From the NCBI GenBank assembly GCA_051275005.1, contig JBNMOP010000001.1:1-56864 (forward strand): 56,864 bases of DNA, written 5' to 3'. Under the pieces are notes generated by a model. The model did not search any database. It saw only the letters and a list, made by a program, of their open reading frames with translations, and was not told the origin of the DNA. The translations under genes and the position numbers were made by a program. Positions 40,343 through 51,914 of this stretch are shown in pieces. Each line of letters starts with the position of its first letter. Position 1 is the stretch's first letter. This stretch comes from Gammaproteobacteria bacterium (GTDB lineage: Bacteria > Pseudomonadota > Gammaproteobacteria > Eutrophobiales > Eutrophobiaceae).

Positions 40343-40495
40343 ATGATTTTTTACATAGTTTATATAGTGTCAATAATCATTCTTATACTGCATTTCACTG
40401 GTTTTCTGGCTAGACGTAATATGGATTGGGCTGTACTTGTGGCAGCTATTGCATTATTCGGTGTAAATATACTGGATTTCCTGAGTATCATTTAA
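40343..40495 (+). CDS. Possible 50-aa two-helix membrane peptide upstream of dtd
   Basis: AAGGAG about 7 nt before the ATG. Translation MIFYIVYIVSIIILILHFTGFLARRNMDWAVLVAAIALFGVNILDFLSII. Below the ORF-track size cutoff. My hand count of the start is uncertain by 1 nt. Confidence 0.3.
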   Translation: MIFYIVYIVSIIILILHFTGFLARRNMDWAVLVAAIALFGVNILDFLSII

Positions 40496-40506
40496 CCTTC
40501 CATTTA

Positions 40507-40944
40507 GTGATTGGCCTTATTCAAAGGGTTACTCACGCGCAAGTTTCGATTAACAAACAAATTATCACCAACATTGGGCATGGAATTATAGCCCTGATCG
40601 GGATAGAAAAGTCCGACACAAAACAGACAGCTGACAAACTCCTGCATAAAATTTTAAGGTACCGAATATTTACAGATACAACAGGTAAAATGAACCTGGG
40701 TCTTAAGAATGTTAATGGTGATCTATTACTAATCCCTCAATTCACTCTACCTGCCGACACAAAAAAAGGATTGCGCCCGAGTTTCAGTAATTCTGCACCA
40801 CCAGACCTTGGACGGGAATTATTTGACTATCTGGCATGTGAGGCAAAGGCTTGTCACAATAATGTCGAAACCGGAAGTTTTGCTGCTGATATGCAAGTAT
40901 CCCTTACAAATTACGGTCCAGCAACCTTCTGGTTGCAGGTATAA
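40507..40944 (+). CDS. dtd: D-aminoacyl-tRNA deacylase
   Basis: From GTG at 40507, VIGLIQRVTHAQV...GKMNL...PQFTL...RPSF...FAADMQVSLTNYGPATFWLQV aligns end to end with E. coli Dtd (145 aa). The track extension to 40426 is probably not translated. Confidence 0.88.
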   Translation: MIGLIQRVTHAQVSINKQIITNIGHGIIALIGIEKSDTKQTADKLLHKILRYRIFTDTTGKMNLGLKNVNGDLLLIPQFTLPADTKKGLRPSFSNSAPPDLGRELFDYLACEAKACHNNVETGSFAADMQVSLTNYGPATFWLQV

Positions 40945-41126
40945 CTCGTTTCTTGTTTCTTATCTCTTGTTAGAAAAAAACACTACATTCTATTAATCCT
41001 TACCTATCAATTTCATTAATTTATATACCCCGTCCATATCAATCTAAATTTTGGATCGGTGTAACAGTTATCATTGAGCTACAATTTTACGGGTCCCGAG
41101 TAACTAGCGACGTATTCAATTTCTCC

Positions 41127-42071
41127 TCACCCGTCTTCGCCCAACCAGTCTCTCGGTTTCAAAAATTTCTCATATAATCTGGACTCTTCTGTCCCAGGCT
41201 GAGGATGCCAGTTATATTTCCAGGCTACATTTGGAGGAAGTGACATTAGAATTGATTCAGTACGTCCACCCGTTTGTAGACCAAATAGGGTCCCCCTGTC
41301 GTAGACCAGATTAAATTCCACATAGCGGCCTCGACGATAAAGTTGAAACTCACGATGTGCTGCGCTATAGGGCAAATCCTTGCGTTTAAACACTATGGGC
41401 GTATATGCATGCAGATAGCTATCTCCGACACTTTGCATAAAAGAAAAACATCGGTCAAATTCCCACTCATTCAAATCATCAAAAAATATGCCCCCTATAC
41501 CTCTTTGCTCCTGCCTATGTCGTAAATAAAAATATTCATCACACCATTGTTTAAAGCGAGGGTAGATTGCATCACCATAAGGCATGCATACATCATATGC
41601 TGTTTGATGCCAATGCCTGGCATCTTCCGTAAAACCATAATAGGGTGTCAAATCATATCCCCCACCGAACCACCATAGCGGTGCTTCATCTTGCTTTTCT
41701 GCAATAAAAAATCGTATGTTCATATGTGAGGTTGGCACAAATGGATTTTCAGGATGGATTACCAATGATAGTCCCAGGGCCTGGAAGCTTCGACCTGCAA
41801 TTTCAGGACGTTTGGCCGTTGCTGCTGCAGGTAATGCATCTCCATGAACATGAGAAAAGGCGACTCCTCCCTGTTCAAATACCCTGCCTCCTGACAACAC
41901 TCGTGTACGCCCACCACCTCCTGCATCGCGATTCCAGGCATCTTCATGGAATGTAGATAGGCCATCCAACGACTGCAACTCATTGCATATTCTATCCTGC
42001 AACCCTAGTAGATATTGCTTGATGTCATTAATTTTTTCCATTGTATTCATATCTATGTACTTGTAATTCAT
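41127..42071 (-). CDS. hemF: Oxygen-dependent coproporphyrinogen-III oxidase
   Basis: [44 protein letters not shown]. The true start may be ATG at 42050 or 42041. Confidence 0.92.
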   Translation of the reverse strand: MNYKYIDMNTMEKINDIKQYLLGLQDRICNELQSLDGLSTFHEDAWNRDAGGGGRTRVLSGGRVFEQGGVAFSHVHGDALPAAATAKRPEIAGRSFQALGLSLVIHPENPFVPTSHMNIRFFIAEKQDEAPLWWFGGGYDLTPYYGFTEDARHWHQTAYDVCMPYGDAIYPRFKQWCDEYFYLRHRQEQRGIGGIFFDDLNEWEFDRCFSFMQSVGDSYLHAYTPIVFKRKDLPYSAAHREFQLYRRGRYVEFNLVYDRGTLFGLQTGGRTESILMSLPPNVAWKYNWHPQPGTEESRLYEKFLKPRDWLGEDG

Positions 42072-42151
42072 AATAATCTTATGTACGGATAATACTATTT
42101 ACTGCATCATATGATATTGTTACACATCATTAAATTGTACAGGGTCAAATC

Positions 42152-42748
42152 ATGACAAAAAGACGTAGCGCGACTGTCAAACGACAAACTAAGGAGACCA
42201 GTATATCTGTAAAACTGGACCTTGATGGTAGCGGTCAGTCTAAACTCAATATCGGTATCCCGTTTATGGAACATATGCTAGACCAGGTCGCCCGCCACGG
42301 GATGATAGATCTGACCATAGATGCTAAAGGTGACCTCGAGATAGACTCGCATCATACCGTTGAAGATATAGGTATCACTATAGGTCAGGCATTTATTCAG
42401 GCTATTGGAGATAAAAAAGGGATATTTCGCTACGGGCACGCCTATGTTCCACTTGACGAAGCCTTATCACGTGTTGTTTTGGATTGTTCCGGCAGACCAG
42501 GCCTTGAATATGATGTCAATTATCCACGGGCAAGGATCGGCGATTTTGATGTAGATCTATTATTTGAATTCTTTCAGGGATTTGTAAATCATGGTCTTGT
42601 TACTCTACATATTGACTGCATTAAGGGGCGTAACGCGCACCATATTGCTGAGACTACCTTTAAGGCCTTTGGTAAAGCACTGCGTATGGCAGTGGGCTTT
42701 GACCCTCAGATGAAGGGAATAACGCCTTCTACCAAAGGATCACTTTGA
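42152..42748 (+). CDS. hisB: Imidazoleglycerol-phosphate dehydratase
   Basis: [37 protein letters not shown]; 198 aa, monofunctional form. Confidence 0.93.
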   Translation: MTKRRSATVKRQTKETSISVKLDLDGSGQSKLNIGIPFMEHMLDQVARHGMIDLTIDAKGDLEIDSHHTVEDIGITIGQAFIQAIGDKKGIFRYGHAYVPLDEALSRVVLDCSGRPGLEYDVNYPRARIGDFDVDLLFEFFQGFVNHGLVTLHIDCIKGRNAHHIAETTFKAFGKALRMAVGFDPQMKGITPSTKGSL

Positions 42749-42764
42749 ACGCTAAATAATCCCC

Positions 42765-43403
42765 ATGCAATCCGTCGCAATTATTGATTATGGTGCAAGT
42801 AATTTGCGCTCAGTCATCAAGGCCATTGAGCATGTGTCTGAAGGTAAGTTCAATATTATTGTCACTGATAACGCTGACCTGATACTTGGCGCTGATCGGA
42901 TAATATTTCCTGGTCAAGGTGCTATCAGGCAGTGTATGAACTCACTCCAGGAAAAGAGCCTGGACAAGGTATTAATTGAATGCCTTAAATCAAAACCCTA
43001 CCTTGGACTATGTCTGGGCCTCCAGGCCCTCATGGAATCTAGTGAAGAAGATGGTGGTATTGAAGGACTCGGAATCATCCAGGGAAAGGTAACTCGCTTC
43101 CCGAAAGGACAAATTGACGACAATGGCAATAATTACAAAATTCCACACATGGGTTGGAATAATGTAGAACAGTCTCATGACCACCCATTATGGAAAAATA
43201 TCAGTTCAGGCGAGATGTTTTACTTCGTGCACAGTTACTATGTACAACCCGAGTTAATTGTCGATATATCCGGTACGACAAATTATGCAGTATCTTTTAC
43301 CTCTGCAATTGCCCGCGATAATATATTTGCCGTACAGTTTCACCCAGAAAAAAGTCAACGTGCGGGCATGCAATTACTATCAAATTTTTTAATTTGGGAA
43401 TAA
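42765..43403 (+). CDS. hisH: Imidazole glycerol phosphate synthase, glutamine amidotransferase subunit
   Basis: IIDYGASNLRSV, catalytic GLCLGLQAL, VQFHPEKS; 212 aa. Confidence 0.93.
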   Translation: MQSVAIIDYGASNLRSVIKAIEHVSEGKFNIIVTDNADLILGADRIIFPGQGAIRQCMNSLQEKSLDKVLIECLKSKPYLGLCLGLQALMESSEEDGGIEGLGIIQGKVTRFPKGQIDDNGNNYKIPHMGWNNVEQSHDHPLWKNISSGEMFYFVHSYYVQPELIVDISGTTNYAVSFTSAIARDNIFAVQFHPEKSQRAGMQLLSNFLIWE

Positions 43404-43406
43404 AAA

Positions 43407-43436
43407 AAGGCCGTTTTCCCGAAGAAAAACGGCCTT
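43407..43436 (-). terminator. Rho-independent terminator of the HU-like gene (the hairpin may also stop hisH transcription)
   Basis: AAGGCCGTTTTC-CCGAA-GAAAAACGGCCTT stem-loop. On the minus strand it is followed by TTTTTTTA. There is no U-tract on the plus-strand side. Confidence 0.75.
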
Positions 43437-43457
43437 ACTATCAAAAAATTAAATAGC

Positions 43458-43778
43458 TTAGGCTACGGCATCCTTTAATGCCTTTAATGCAGTCGCCTTA
43501 ACACTAGTTGACGCTGGTTTTGCCTTTATCATAATCTCTTCACCAGTAAATGGATTTGTTCCTTTTCTAGCGTCTCTCGCAGGTTTAATAATTCTCCTCA
43601 ATTTAATGCCTAACGCAGGAACAGAAAATTCACCTGAACCACCTTTTTTCAAATGACCATGGGCAAGTCCGGCCAGGGTATCCAGAACAGTTGTTACCTC
43701 TTTTTTTGTTAATCCTGAATCTTCTGCAAGACTGCTCAGAATCTGAGATTTAGTTTGTTTCGTTGAAGTAGTAGCCAT
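43458..43778 (-). CDS. HU/IHF-family DNA-binding protein with short N-terminal extension
   Basis: LTKKEVTTVLDTLAGL..., beta-arm RKGTNPFTGEEIMIKAKP; 106 aa. Confidence 0.85.
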   Translation of the reverse strand: MATTSTKQTKSQILSSLAEDSGLTKKEVTTVLDTLAGLAHGHLKKGGSGEFSVPALGIKLRRIIKPARDARKGTNPFTGEEIMIKAKPASTSVKATALKALKDAVA

Positions 43779-44026
43779 TTTATCTCCTCATGATTTACAT
43801 AAATTAATTTTACGTTTTTTTCTTTATTCCAGTGATAATTCAAATTCAGGTCAACCGCTTGTAAAGTTCCCCAAGGTGGGCAATTATGCAATGGAAATCA
43901 GCCAAAGCCAACTCTTATAGCCTATTTCCTTAAGATAATTCACATTAATTCAAATTCTGCTCTGCATCGGAGCGAAATAATTAATTGACATTTTCCCTGA
44001 AGTATCATTGCCTAAGTTTTTTATTT

Positions 44027-45325
44027 TTAACTCTTTATTCTTGATTGTTCTCTTTGTATAGCACGATAACCGATGTCCCGGCGAAAAAATATTCCCCTAT
44101 AATGGATCCTGTCAATTGCAGAAAGAGCAGCTTGTTGTGCCACGGTAACATTATGCCCCAGTGCAGTAACACACAGCACTCGCCCGCCAGAGGTAATTAT
44201 ATTTCCGTCAGCCTGGGCAGTTCCAGCATGAAAAACTTTTACCTCATTTCCAAAATCTAAATCCAGCCCGGAGATACTATCTCCCTTACTTGGGCTATCA
44301 GGGTAGCCATCAGCAGCTGCAACGATACCAAGCGCAGCTCTTTCATCCCAAACTCCTGATGATAAGGCAAGATTCCCTGCTAACGCATCTACACATAACC
44401 CAACTAAATCACTTTTTAGTCGCATCATAATTGGCTGTGTTTCCGGATCACCAAGCCGGCAATTATATTCCAAAACCTTAATATCGCCTTGACTTGAAAT
44501 CATCAGTCCTGCGTAGAGGAATCCTGTATAGGTACGTCCATCTCGTTTCATTCCCTCAATTGTCGGTTCTATCACCTCTTTCATGATCTTTACATACATA
44601 TTCTCGTTGATCACTGGTGCAGGCGAATAGGCACCCATTCCGCCGGTATTGGGTCCTTTGTCACCTTTGTCTCTTGCCTTGTGGTCCTGGGATGTGGCCA
44701 TTGGAAGGATAGTGTTACCATCTGTCATCACGATAAAACTGGCCTCTTCACCCTCAAGAAATTCCTCAATGACAACCCTGTGCCCCGCCTCACCAAACTT
44801 ATTTTCCGACAACATATCTATCACAGTATCCAGGGCTTGATCCAGCGTGCTTGCAACGACTACACCTTTACCTGCTGCCAATCCATCTGCCTTGATAACT
44901 ATCGGGACTCCCTGTTCATGAATGTAAGACTTTGCATTTTCAAGATCTTCGAAGACCTCGTACTTAGCTGTGGGTATGTTGTGACGTTTTAAAAAATCCT
45001 TTGAATAAGACTTTGAACCCTCGAGGATGGCAGCATCTTTGTTCGGTCCAAAACATGGCAACCCTGCCTGACCAAATGCGTCTACAATGCCGGAAACCAA
45101 TGGGCCTTCAGGGCCAATTATTGTTAGGTCAACTTGATTATCCTGTGCAAACTCGATTAACGCCCGGGTATTATCAGCGGCGATATCAACATTTATAAGT
45201 TTTAACTCTAGGATCGTACCCGCATTACCTGGCGCAACATAGACCCTGTCAACATCAACAGATTGTGCACATTTCCATGCCAATGCATGTTCTCTACCAC
45301 CGCTGCCGACGATTAGTACGTTCAT
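44027..45325 (-). CDS. purD: Phosphoribosylamine-glycine ligase
   Basis: MNVLIVGSGGREHALAWK, ATP-grasp blocks; 432 aa. Confidence 0.95.
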   Translation of the reverse strand: MNVLIVGSGGREHALAWKCAQSVDVDRVYVAPGNAGTILELKLINVDIAADNTRALIEFAQDNQVDLTIIGPEGPLVSGIVDAFGQAGLPCFGPNKDAAILEGSKSYSKDFLKRHNIPTAKYEVFEDLENAKSYIHEQGVPIVIKADGLAAGKGVVVASTLDQALDTVIDMLSENKFGEAGHRVVIEEFLEGEEASFIVMTDGNTILPMATSQDHKARDKGDKGPNTGGMGAYSPAPVINENMYVKIMKEVIEPTIEGMKRDGRTYTGFLYAGLMISSQGDIKVLEYNCRLGDPETQPIMMRLKSDLVGLCVDALAGNLALSSGVWDERAALGIVAAADGYPDSPSKGDSISGLDLDFGNEVKVFHAGTAQADGNIITSGGRVLCVTALGHNVTVAQQAALSAIDRIHYRGIFFRRDIGYRAIQREQSRIKS

Positions 45326-45542
45326 TAATGTATCCCGTCAGGGACAAAGGACGAGGAAAATTCGCTAACATTTATAACCCTAGAAAGTTGCAACAAGTAA
45401 TCCGCCACACATCCTCTCGTCATGGTTTCGAACACCTGATATTTAGCTGCTGTAAATTAACGGACATATATTCCGAAATTTGTTTACTAGATAACAGCAC
45501 CCAAGTTAAAAATATATTATTCATTCAGGAGATAATCCCATG

Positions 45543-47105
45543 TTAATGCCTAAAATGTCTCATGCCTGTAAATACCATTGCCATTCCATTTTCATCTGCA
45601 GCTGCGATAATCTCCTTATCCCTGACTGACCCGCCAGGTTGTATTACAGCAGTTATTCCTACTTTTGCAGCCGAATCGATACCGTCACGAAACGGGAAAA
45701 AAGCATCCGACGCCATAACAGCGTCTTTGACCTCCAATCCCTCATCTTCAGCCTTAATCGCTGCAATTCTTGCGCTGTATACCCGACTCATTTGACCTGC
45801 CCCTATACCAACTGTCGTTTGTCCTTTTACATAGATAATTGCATTAGATTTAACATATTTGACGACATGCCACGCAAACAATAAATCTTTTAATTCTTCT
45901 ACAGTGGGTGCACGTTTCGTTACTGTTATTAGGTCAGCAGAACTTATCTTTCCCACATCACTATCCTGAACTAGCAAACCACCACTTACTCGTTTTAGTT
46001 CAAGCTGTTGCATTTCGTTTTCTCGATAGCCAACAGACAAGATCCGAATATTTGATTTGGCCGACGTAACTTCCAGTACCGCATCATCAACCTCAGGGGC
46101 AATAATTACCTCAACAAACTGCCTGTCTAAGATCGCCTTGGCAGTATCAACATCCAACTTTCGATTAAAAGCAATTATTCCACCATAAGCTGAAACCGGA
46201 TCAGTTTTATATGCACCTTCATATGCTGCATGTATAGAATCTCCAAGCGCAACTCCACATGGATTTGCATGTTTAACAATCACGCAAGCTGGATCACTAA
46301 AACCAAGGACACATTCCAGCGCCGCATCAGTGTCCGCAATATTGTTATATGACAATTCCTTGCCTTGTAATTGTATGGCATTGGCAAGTGTCCCTTTTTG
46401 TGCCAAATGTTCGCTGTAAAATGCAGCTGTTTGGTGAGGATTTTCACCATAACGAAGATTCTGCAATTTTTTAAATTGCATAGAAAAAGTTTTTGGATAA
46501 TCAATATACGTACCTGGTTGTTCCATACTACCCAGATAATTTGACACTGCAGCGTCGTAGTTAGCCGTGTGTGAAAAAACTTTTTGTGCCAAATAAAACC
46601 GTGTCGAATCTGTCAGCTTAACTTTATTTTCTCTAAGTTCATTTAGAACTTTTTCGTAATCAGCACTATCAACCACCACACCAACATAGGCATGATTTTT
46701 AGCCGCAGCACGTAACATAGTCGGGCCACCAATATCAATATTCTCTATTGCTTCATCAAAAGTACTATCTGATCTGCTTACAGTTGCCTCAAATGGATAG
46801 AGATTAACAACAACAAGATCAATAAAATTAATATCATGTTGCTGCATTACATTATCATCAATGCCTCGTCTGCCTAACAACCCTCCATGTATTTTAGGAT
46901 GTAATGTCTTAACGCGCCCATCCATAATTTCAGGAAAACCAGTGTAGTCAGACACATCTGTAACGGTCACGTTATTGTCCTGTAGTAATTTGGCTGTTCC
47001 ACCAGTTGAAAGTATGCTTATCTCCAGTTTCTCCAACTCTTTACAAAACTCGATTATCCCTGATTTATTGGAAACACTGACGAGGGCACGTTTTACAACT
47101 GACAT
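45543..47105 (-). CDS. purH: Bifunctional AICAR transformylase / IMP cyclohydrolase
   Basis: [30 protein letters not shown]-terminal [11 protein letters not shown]; 520 aa. Confidence 0.95.
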   Translation of the reverse strand: MSVVKRALVSVSNKSGIIEFCKELEKLEISILSTGGTAKLLQDNNVTVTDVSDYTGFPEIMDGRVKTLHPKIHGGLLGRRGIDDNVMQQHDINFIDLVVVNLYPFEATVSRSDSTFDEAIENIDIGGPTMLRAAAKNHAYVGVVVDSADYEKVLNELRENKVKLTDSTRFYLAQKVFSHTANYDAAVSNYLGSMEQPGTYIDYPKTFSMQFKKLQNLRYGENPHQTAAFYSEHLAQKGTLANAIQLQGKELSYNNIADTDAALECVLGFSDPACVIVKHANPCGVALGDSIHAAYEGAYKTDPVSAYGGIIAFNRKLDVDTAKAILDRQFVEVIIAPEVDDAVLEVTSAKSNIRILSVGYRENEMQQLELKRVSGGLLVQDSDVGKISSADLITVTKRAPTVEELKDLLFAWHVVKYVKSNAIIYVKGQTTVGIGAGQMSRVYSARIAAIKAEDEGLEVKDAVMASDAFFPFRDGIDSAAKVGITAVIQPGGSVRDKEIIAAADENGMAMVFTGMRHFRH

Positions 47106-47165
47106 TATATTAGATTCCTTTAATTATTGATTTACTACGATGAAAAAGGGGTAATGCGAAGATAG

Positions 47166-47450
47166 TTAACCTATATCATATTTACTGAGTCTATTTTTTA
47201 AGGTTCCTCTATTTAATCCTAGTACATCTGCTGCTCGGGAAACATTACCATCTGTGTAATCGAGTACTGATTCAAACAGAGGAGCTTCCACTTGAGATAA
47301 AATTAATTGATATAGATCCACAGGTTCATGACCATCGAGATCTTTAAAATATTTTTCCATAGCCTGACTAACATTATCACTCAAGCAACCAGAACCATTT
47401 ACCTTAAGTTTGGTTGAATTGATCTTTTTATTCTTTTTCTTTGCAGTCAT
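47166..47450 (-). CDS. fis: DNA-binding protein Fis
   Basis: 94 aa; C-terminal HTH AADVLGLNRGTLKNRLSKY. 4-nt overlap with dusB, the classical dusB-fis operon. Confidence 0.9.
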   Translation of the reverse strand: MTAKKKNKKINSTKLKVNGSGCLSDNVSQAMEKYFKDLDGHEPVDLYQLILSQVEAPLFESVLDYTDGNVSRAADVLGLNRGTLKNRLSKYDIG

Positions 47451-48430
47451 GCGGCAATACTCAAACTTTCTGCCATATAGAGACAGTCTTTAACCTGCTG
47501 AAGTTGTAGTTCGCATTGTTCTTCATTACTAATTTTCTTACGGAACAAATCAAAACCGGGGAGTAAATTACAGTATTTTAAAATATGCTTGCGAGCGATT
47601 CTAACACCAGTGTATTCACCATAGTGTAGATAGATTGCATGCAAGTGCATTGTAATGATGTTAATCATGTCCTGATATGATGGTCGTCCAGATTTTTCGC
47701 CAGATTCAAAAAACTTTCTTACATCTGAGAATATCCAGGGATTTCCAATTGCAGCCCTACCTATCATCACGCCATCCGCGCCCGTATAGTCCAAAACACG
47801 AACTGCCTCCTCTGCCGAACCAATATCTCCATTAGCAAAAACCTCGATTGATACCTCAGTTTTGATCTGTGCAGTAGTATCGTGCTCAGCATTGCCGGTA
47901 AATCGACAGGCACGAGTGCGGCCATGAATTGTGATTCGCTGTACACCTGCTTGCTCGGCAATTTTTGCTATTTTAACTGCGTTTTTGTGGTCTTTGTCCC
48001 ACCCTGTACGAATTTTTAAAGTAATGGGTACCGCCGACACACTGACAACCTGATCCAGAATTTTACCAACCAGTTTTTCATTCTTGAGCAAAGAGGACCC
48101 GGCCATAACATTACAAACTTTTTTTGCAGGACAGCCCATATTTATATCAATAATATCTGCCCCATCATCAACATTAATCCTTACCGCTTCAGCCATCATT
48201 ATCGGATCGGCACCAGCAATTTGTACTATTCTTGGTGACATTTCATCAGAAAAATCTCTTCGAAATTTTGACTTTCTTCTGTTATATAGATTGGTATTAG
48301 AACTTATCATTTCCGAGACGCAACCATGCGCACCCATTTCGCGACAAATATCTCGATATGGTTTATCTGTGATACCAGCCATAGGGGCAAGTAAAATTTT
48401 TCTGTTCACTGGTTCGAATTTGCTGATCAT
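47447..48430 (-). CDS. dusB: tRNA-dihydrouridine synthase B
   Basis: LAPMAGITDKPYR, DINMGCPAKKV, HGRTR; 327 aa. Confidence 0.93.
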   Translation of the reverse strand: MISKFEPVNRKILLAPMAGITDKPYRDICREMGAHGCVSEMISSNTNLYNRRKSKFRRDFSDEMSPRIVQIAGADPIMMAEAVRINVDDGADIIDINMGCPAKKVCNVMAGSSLLKNEKLVGKILDQVVSVSAVPITLKIRTGWDKDHKNAVKIAKIAEQAGVQRITIHGRTRACRFTGNAEHDTTAQIKTEVSIEVFANGDIGSAEEAVRVLDYTGADGVMIGRAAIGNPWIFSDVRKFFESGEKSGRPSYQDMINIITMHLHAIYLHYGEYTGVRIARKHILKYCNLLPGFDLFRKKISNEEQCELQLQQVKDCLYMAESLSIAA

Positions 48431-48624
48431 CCTACACCGCTTATTATTAATTTAGTTATGTGGCGGTTTTTAAAGAGGCATAATAATAGCGAGGAATAGT
48501 TGGTATGAAAAGCATTGCTTCAATAAATTTTATTTTGATAATAAAATGAATTAAATAATCATCCAGATATCGGCCTTAACTTCTTCTATGCACAGGAAAT
48601 TCTCTGGTACAGAGCAGATACAAA

Positions 48625-49479
48625 TCAAATGAAATGAAATTCAAAGCTTACTGCAATATCTGTATCACCGGTAATTTCCAATACCAGATGTAAAGGGATT
48701 TTGGCTGGCATGCCCTGTTCTAAATCAACACTAACATCAAGATATTCTGGTGGCTTAAAAACTCTATAACCGGTTACACTTCCATCAGTATTATACAAAA
48801 TCAGGCGTATTCCCGGGTAGGGCTGTACACTATCAGACTGATTTTCAATTGTTGCATTCACCAACAAAGTACCATTGTAACGTGGATGATCTCTAACATC
48901 CCGGTTTAACAGTACTATTGACCTAAGGTCACGCTCTCGAATTAATTCACAACCATATTGATTACAAATTTGCCTTACAATAGGTCTGTATTCCGGGTAA
49001 CTATTTAGTAACCAATCTCGATTAAACCAGGCCAGTTGGACTATAATAAACAACAACAGAGTCAAAATGCCAACACTCCAGATTATTGATCCCCATTTTG
49101 ATTGTGCATTTTCAACATAATTGAGTAACTCCTCGCTAAGTTCTTCTTGATTAATATCTTCTATTGATTCTTTATAAGATGAAGGTAATTTATTGTTCTC
49201 ACTAAAATCTTCAGAAACAATTTGTTCAACAATCTTTCTCTCGTCGGTAACTGTATTACTAGCAGGGATTTCAAATTGCGGCTCGTCGTCTACATCATCT
49301 TCAGATGCAATAATTTTTGGCTCTGGAATTTCAGTCCTAGATAATGGTCGATCATACAAGCGATCTATGGCATTAAATTGTTCACTACAATACCCACATT
49401 GCACCAAACCCCTGGCTGCGGATAATTGCCATGCATATACACGGTACTGTCGATAACACGCGGGGCAATCAGCAATCAC
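48625..49479 (-). CDS. Zinc-ribbon plus DUF3426-type membrane protein
   Basis: N-terminal CPACYRQY...CGYCSEQF zinc ribbon, an acidic linker, a TM (IIWSVGILTLLLFIIVQLAWF) and a C-terminal beta-rich domain. Same prmA-dusB position as the Pseudomonas DUF3426 genes. Confidence 0.7.
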   Translation of the reverse strand: MIADCPACYRQYRVYAWQLSAARGLVQCGYCSEQFNAIDRLYDRPLSRTEIPEPKIIASEDDVDDEPQFEIPASNTVTDERKIVEQIVSEDFSENNKLPSSYKESIEDINQEELSEELLNYVENAQSKWGSIIWSVGILTLLLFIIVQLAWFNRDWLLNSYPEYRPIVRQICNQYGCELIRERDLRSIVLLNRDVRDHPRYNGTLLVNATIENQSDSVQPYPGIRLILYNTDGSVTGYRVFKPPEYLDVSVDLEQGMPAKIPLHLVLEITGDTDIAVSFEFHFI

Positions 49480-49483
49480 AATA

Positions 49484-50371
49484 CTATTTCACCTTATTTC
49501 TAACACCAGACAACATGGCCCATTCATTGCGATACACAGGATCCATCATATCAAACCATGAATTGTAAATTTTTAGGCATTCATCGACTTGTGAGGCCAG
49601 AATTCCAGATAATACTATTTTTCCATCTACACCCAGTAATGATTTAAATCTTTGCGCAAGATCCAGTAATGGTTTAAGCAAGATATTAGCAATCAAAATA
49701 TCTGTCATTTCTGGAATTGTGTCATCTGGCGATAGGGTGATAATTCTACTTTCAAGTCCATTTTGAATTGCATTTCTATTGGTTGCATCCAGGGCTTGCT
49801 GATCAATATCCACAGCAATAACCTGGCGAGCACCTAGCGATGCCGCAGAAATACCAAGAATGCCTGAACCACAGCCGTAATCAATTACCCTGAGCCCTTC
49901 TATCTGCTGATTGGCTAACCATTCAAGACACAATGCGGTGGTTGCATGTGTACCCGTCCCGAATGCAAGACCCGGATCTAACTCTATAACGTGGGCAATA
50001 TCTTTTGGTTTTTCAAGCCAGCTTGGACAAATACATAACTTGTTAGCAAAGACCATAGGTTGTAATCCAGACTTATAACTCTCTCCCCATTTATGGTCTG
50101 ACACTATCTCAAATGTATGACTTTCGATATTTTCATCGCCCAATCGGTTACGAATACAAGCCATCAGAATATCCAGATCAATGTCAGGGATAAATAATGC
50201 AGAAACTGAGGTTAGGTCCCAGTAAATATCTTTTGCAAGCTCGTCACCAAACAAAGGTTCATTTGAGGCTGGTGCATAACTAACAGAATCGGAGCCAAAT
50301 TTTTCAAGCAAGTCTCTCAAATCATCCAGAAAAGGAGGGCGTACAGTAATAGTCAACCTCAACCAGTTCAT
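49484..50371 (-). CDS. prmA: Ribosomal protein L11 methyltransferase
   Basis: DPGLAFGTGTHATT, SAM motif VIDYGCGSGILG; 295 aa. Confidence 0.92.
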   Translation of the reverse strand: MNWLRLTITVRPPFLDDLRDLLEKFGSDSVSYAPASNEPLFGDELAKDIYWDLTSVSALFIPDIDLDILMACIRNRLGDENIESHTFEIVSDHKWGESYKSGLQPMVFANKLCICPSWLEKPKDIAHVIELDPGLAFGTGTHATTALCLEWLANQQIEGLRVIDYGCGSGILGISAASLGARQVIAVDIDQQALDATNRNAIQNGLESRIITLSPDDTIPEMTDILIANILLKPLLDLAQRFKSLLGVDGKIVLSGILASQVDECLKIYNSWFDMMDPVYRNEWAMLSGVRNKVK

Positions 50372-50523
50372 GTTGTTAAGACCATTTATTACTTACTAGT
50401 GTGCACCATGGATACGTTTTGAAATAGAATAAAAAATCAGGCATAGCTACTATCTTCACCGTTATTGAGCTCCGTCTTTTGAATCGATACAGGTATATGT
50501 GACGAAGTTAAAATCGGCTCTAC

Positions 50524-51867
50524 TCATTTAAGACTCAGTTTATTTTCCAGATAATGAATATTTGTTCCGCCGGAAATAAAAGCAGCGTCGTTCATTAATA
50601 TTCTATGTAACGGAATATTTGTCTTAATGCCATCGATAACAATCTCAGATAAAGCCATAGACATTCGTTTGATTGCCAGCTCTCTAGTTTCTGCATGTGC
50701 AATCAATTTTCCAATTAGCGAATCATAATGCGGCGGGACGGTATATCCCTGATAAACATGAGTATCCACTCGTATACCAGGCCCTCCCGGAGGATGGTAG
50801 TGTTCAATCATTCCAGGTGATGGAGTGAAATTTTCCGGATCCTCAGCATTAATTCTACATTCAATTGCATGACCTTTAACTTGAATATCTGATTGCCGAT
50901 ATGAGAGTTTTTCTCCAGCAGCTACCCTTAATTGTTCCTTGACTATATCAACACCGGTTATACTTTCTGTAATGGGATGTTCCACCTGTATTCTGGTATT
51001 CATTTCAATAAAAAAGAACTTTCCGTCCTCGTAAAGAAACTCAAATGTTCCAGCACTAGTGTAACCGATTTTTTTACAGGCCTGTACACACTGCTCGCCA
51101 ATTTTCTTACGCACTTTGTCTGTAATACCAGGCGCAGGCGCTTCTTCAAGAATTTTCTGATGTCGTCTTTGCATAGAGCAGTCTCTTTCGCCCAAATGAA
51201 TTACATTTCCATGGGTATCTGCCAGAACCTGAATCTCGATATGACGAGGGTTCTCAAGATATTTCTCCATATAGATTGTATCGTCATTGAATGCAGCAGC
51301 AGCTTCAGATCGTGTTAATGATACTGCATTACGAAGTGCAGCTTCACTATGTACAACTCGCATTCCTCTTCCGCCTCCACCACCAGATGCCTTGATAATA
51401 ACGGGATAGCCTATTTTTTTTGCAATTATACTTGCCTCATTTATATCGTCTGTCAGTGGACCGTCCGACCCAGGAACACAAGGCACACCTGAATCCTGCA
51501 TAGCATTCCTGGCTGAAATTTTACTGCCCATCAAGCGAATCGTTTCCGACCGTGGTCCTATGAAGGTAAAGCCACTTTGCTCCACTCTCTCAGCAAAATC
51601 CGGGTTTTCGGCAAGGAACCCATATCCTGGATGGATACCAACAGCATCTGTTACTTCTGCTGCACTGATTACAGAAGGCACATTCATGTAACTATCAATC
51701 GACCTCGCTGGCCCGATACATACCGCTTCATCTGCTAGCAGCACATGTTTCTGGTTTCTATCTATCTCTGAATAGACTGCTACAGTTTTTATTCCTAGCT
51801 CATGACAGGCGCGCAATATTCTTAATGCAATTTCACCTCGATTGGCAATTACTACTTTTTCAAGCAT
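50524..51867 (-). CDS. accC: Acetyl-CoA carboxylase, biotin carboxylase subunit
   Basis: [35 protein letters not shown]; 447 aa. Confidence 0.96.
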   Translation of the reverse strand: MLEKVVIANRGEIALRILRACHELGIKTVAVYSEIDRNQKHVLLADEAVCIGPARSIDSYMNVPSVISAAEVTDAVGIHPGYGFLAENPDFAERVEQSGFTFIGPRSETIRLMGSKISARNAMQDSGVPCVPGSDGPLTDDINEASIIAKKIGYPVIIKASGGGGGRGMRVVHSEAALRNAVSLTRSEAAAAFNDDTIYMEKYLENPRHIEIQVLADTHGNVIHLGERDCSMQRRHQKILEEAPAPGITDKVRKKIGEQCVQACKKIGYTSAGTFEFLYEDGKFFFIEMNTRIQVEHPITESITGVDIVKEQLRVAAGEKLSYRQSDIQVKGHAIECRINAEDPENFTPSPGMIEHYHPPGGPGIRVDTHVYQGYTVPPHYDSLIGKLIAHAETRELAIKRMSMALSEIVIDGIKTNIPLHRILMNDAAFISGGTNIHYLENKLSLK

Positions 51868-51914
51868 ATTTGATAACCATGATTTACTTCAATTAGGGAA
51901 TATAATGACGAGAA

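Noticed and set aside
38649-41101. A REP-like repeat family defined by CGGGACTCG / GTCCCGAGT, seen in three spacers.
   Set aside because: Only 8-9-nt cores are shared and the flanks do not align. A family claim needs genome-wide counts that I cannot make from one window.
45326-45542. 217-nt purH-purD spacer with a possible 33-codon minus-strand ORF (MTRGCVADYLLQLSRV...).
   Set aside because: No RBS and no recognisable motif; probably just an internal purD promoter region.
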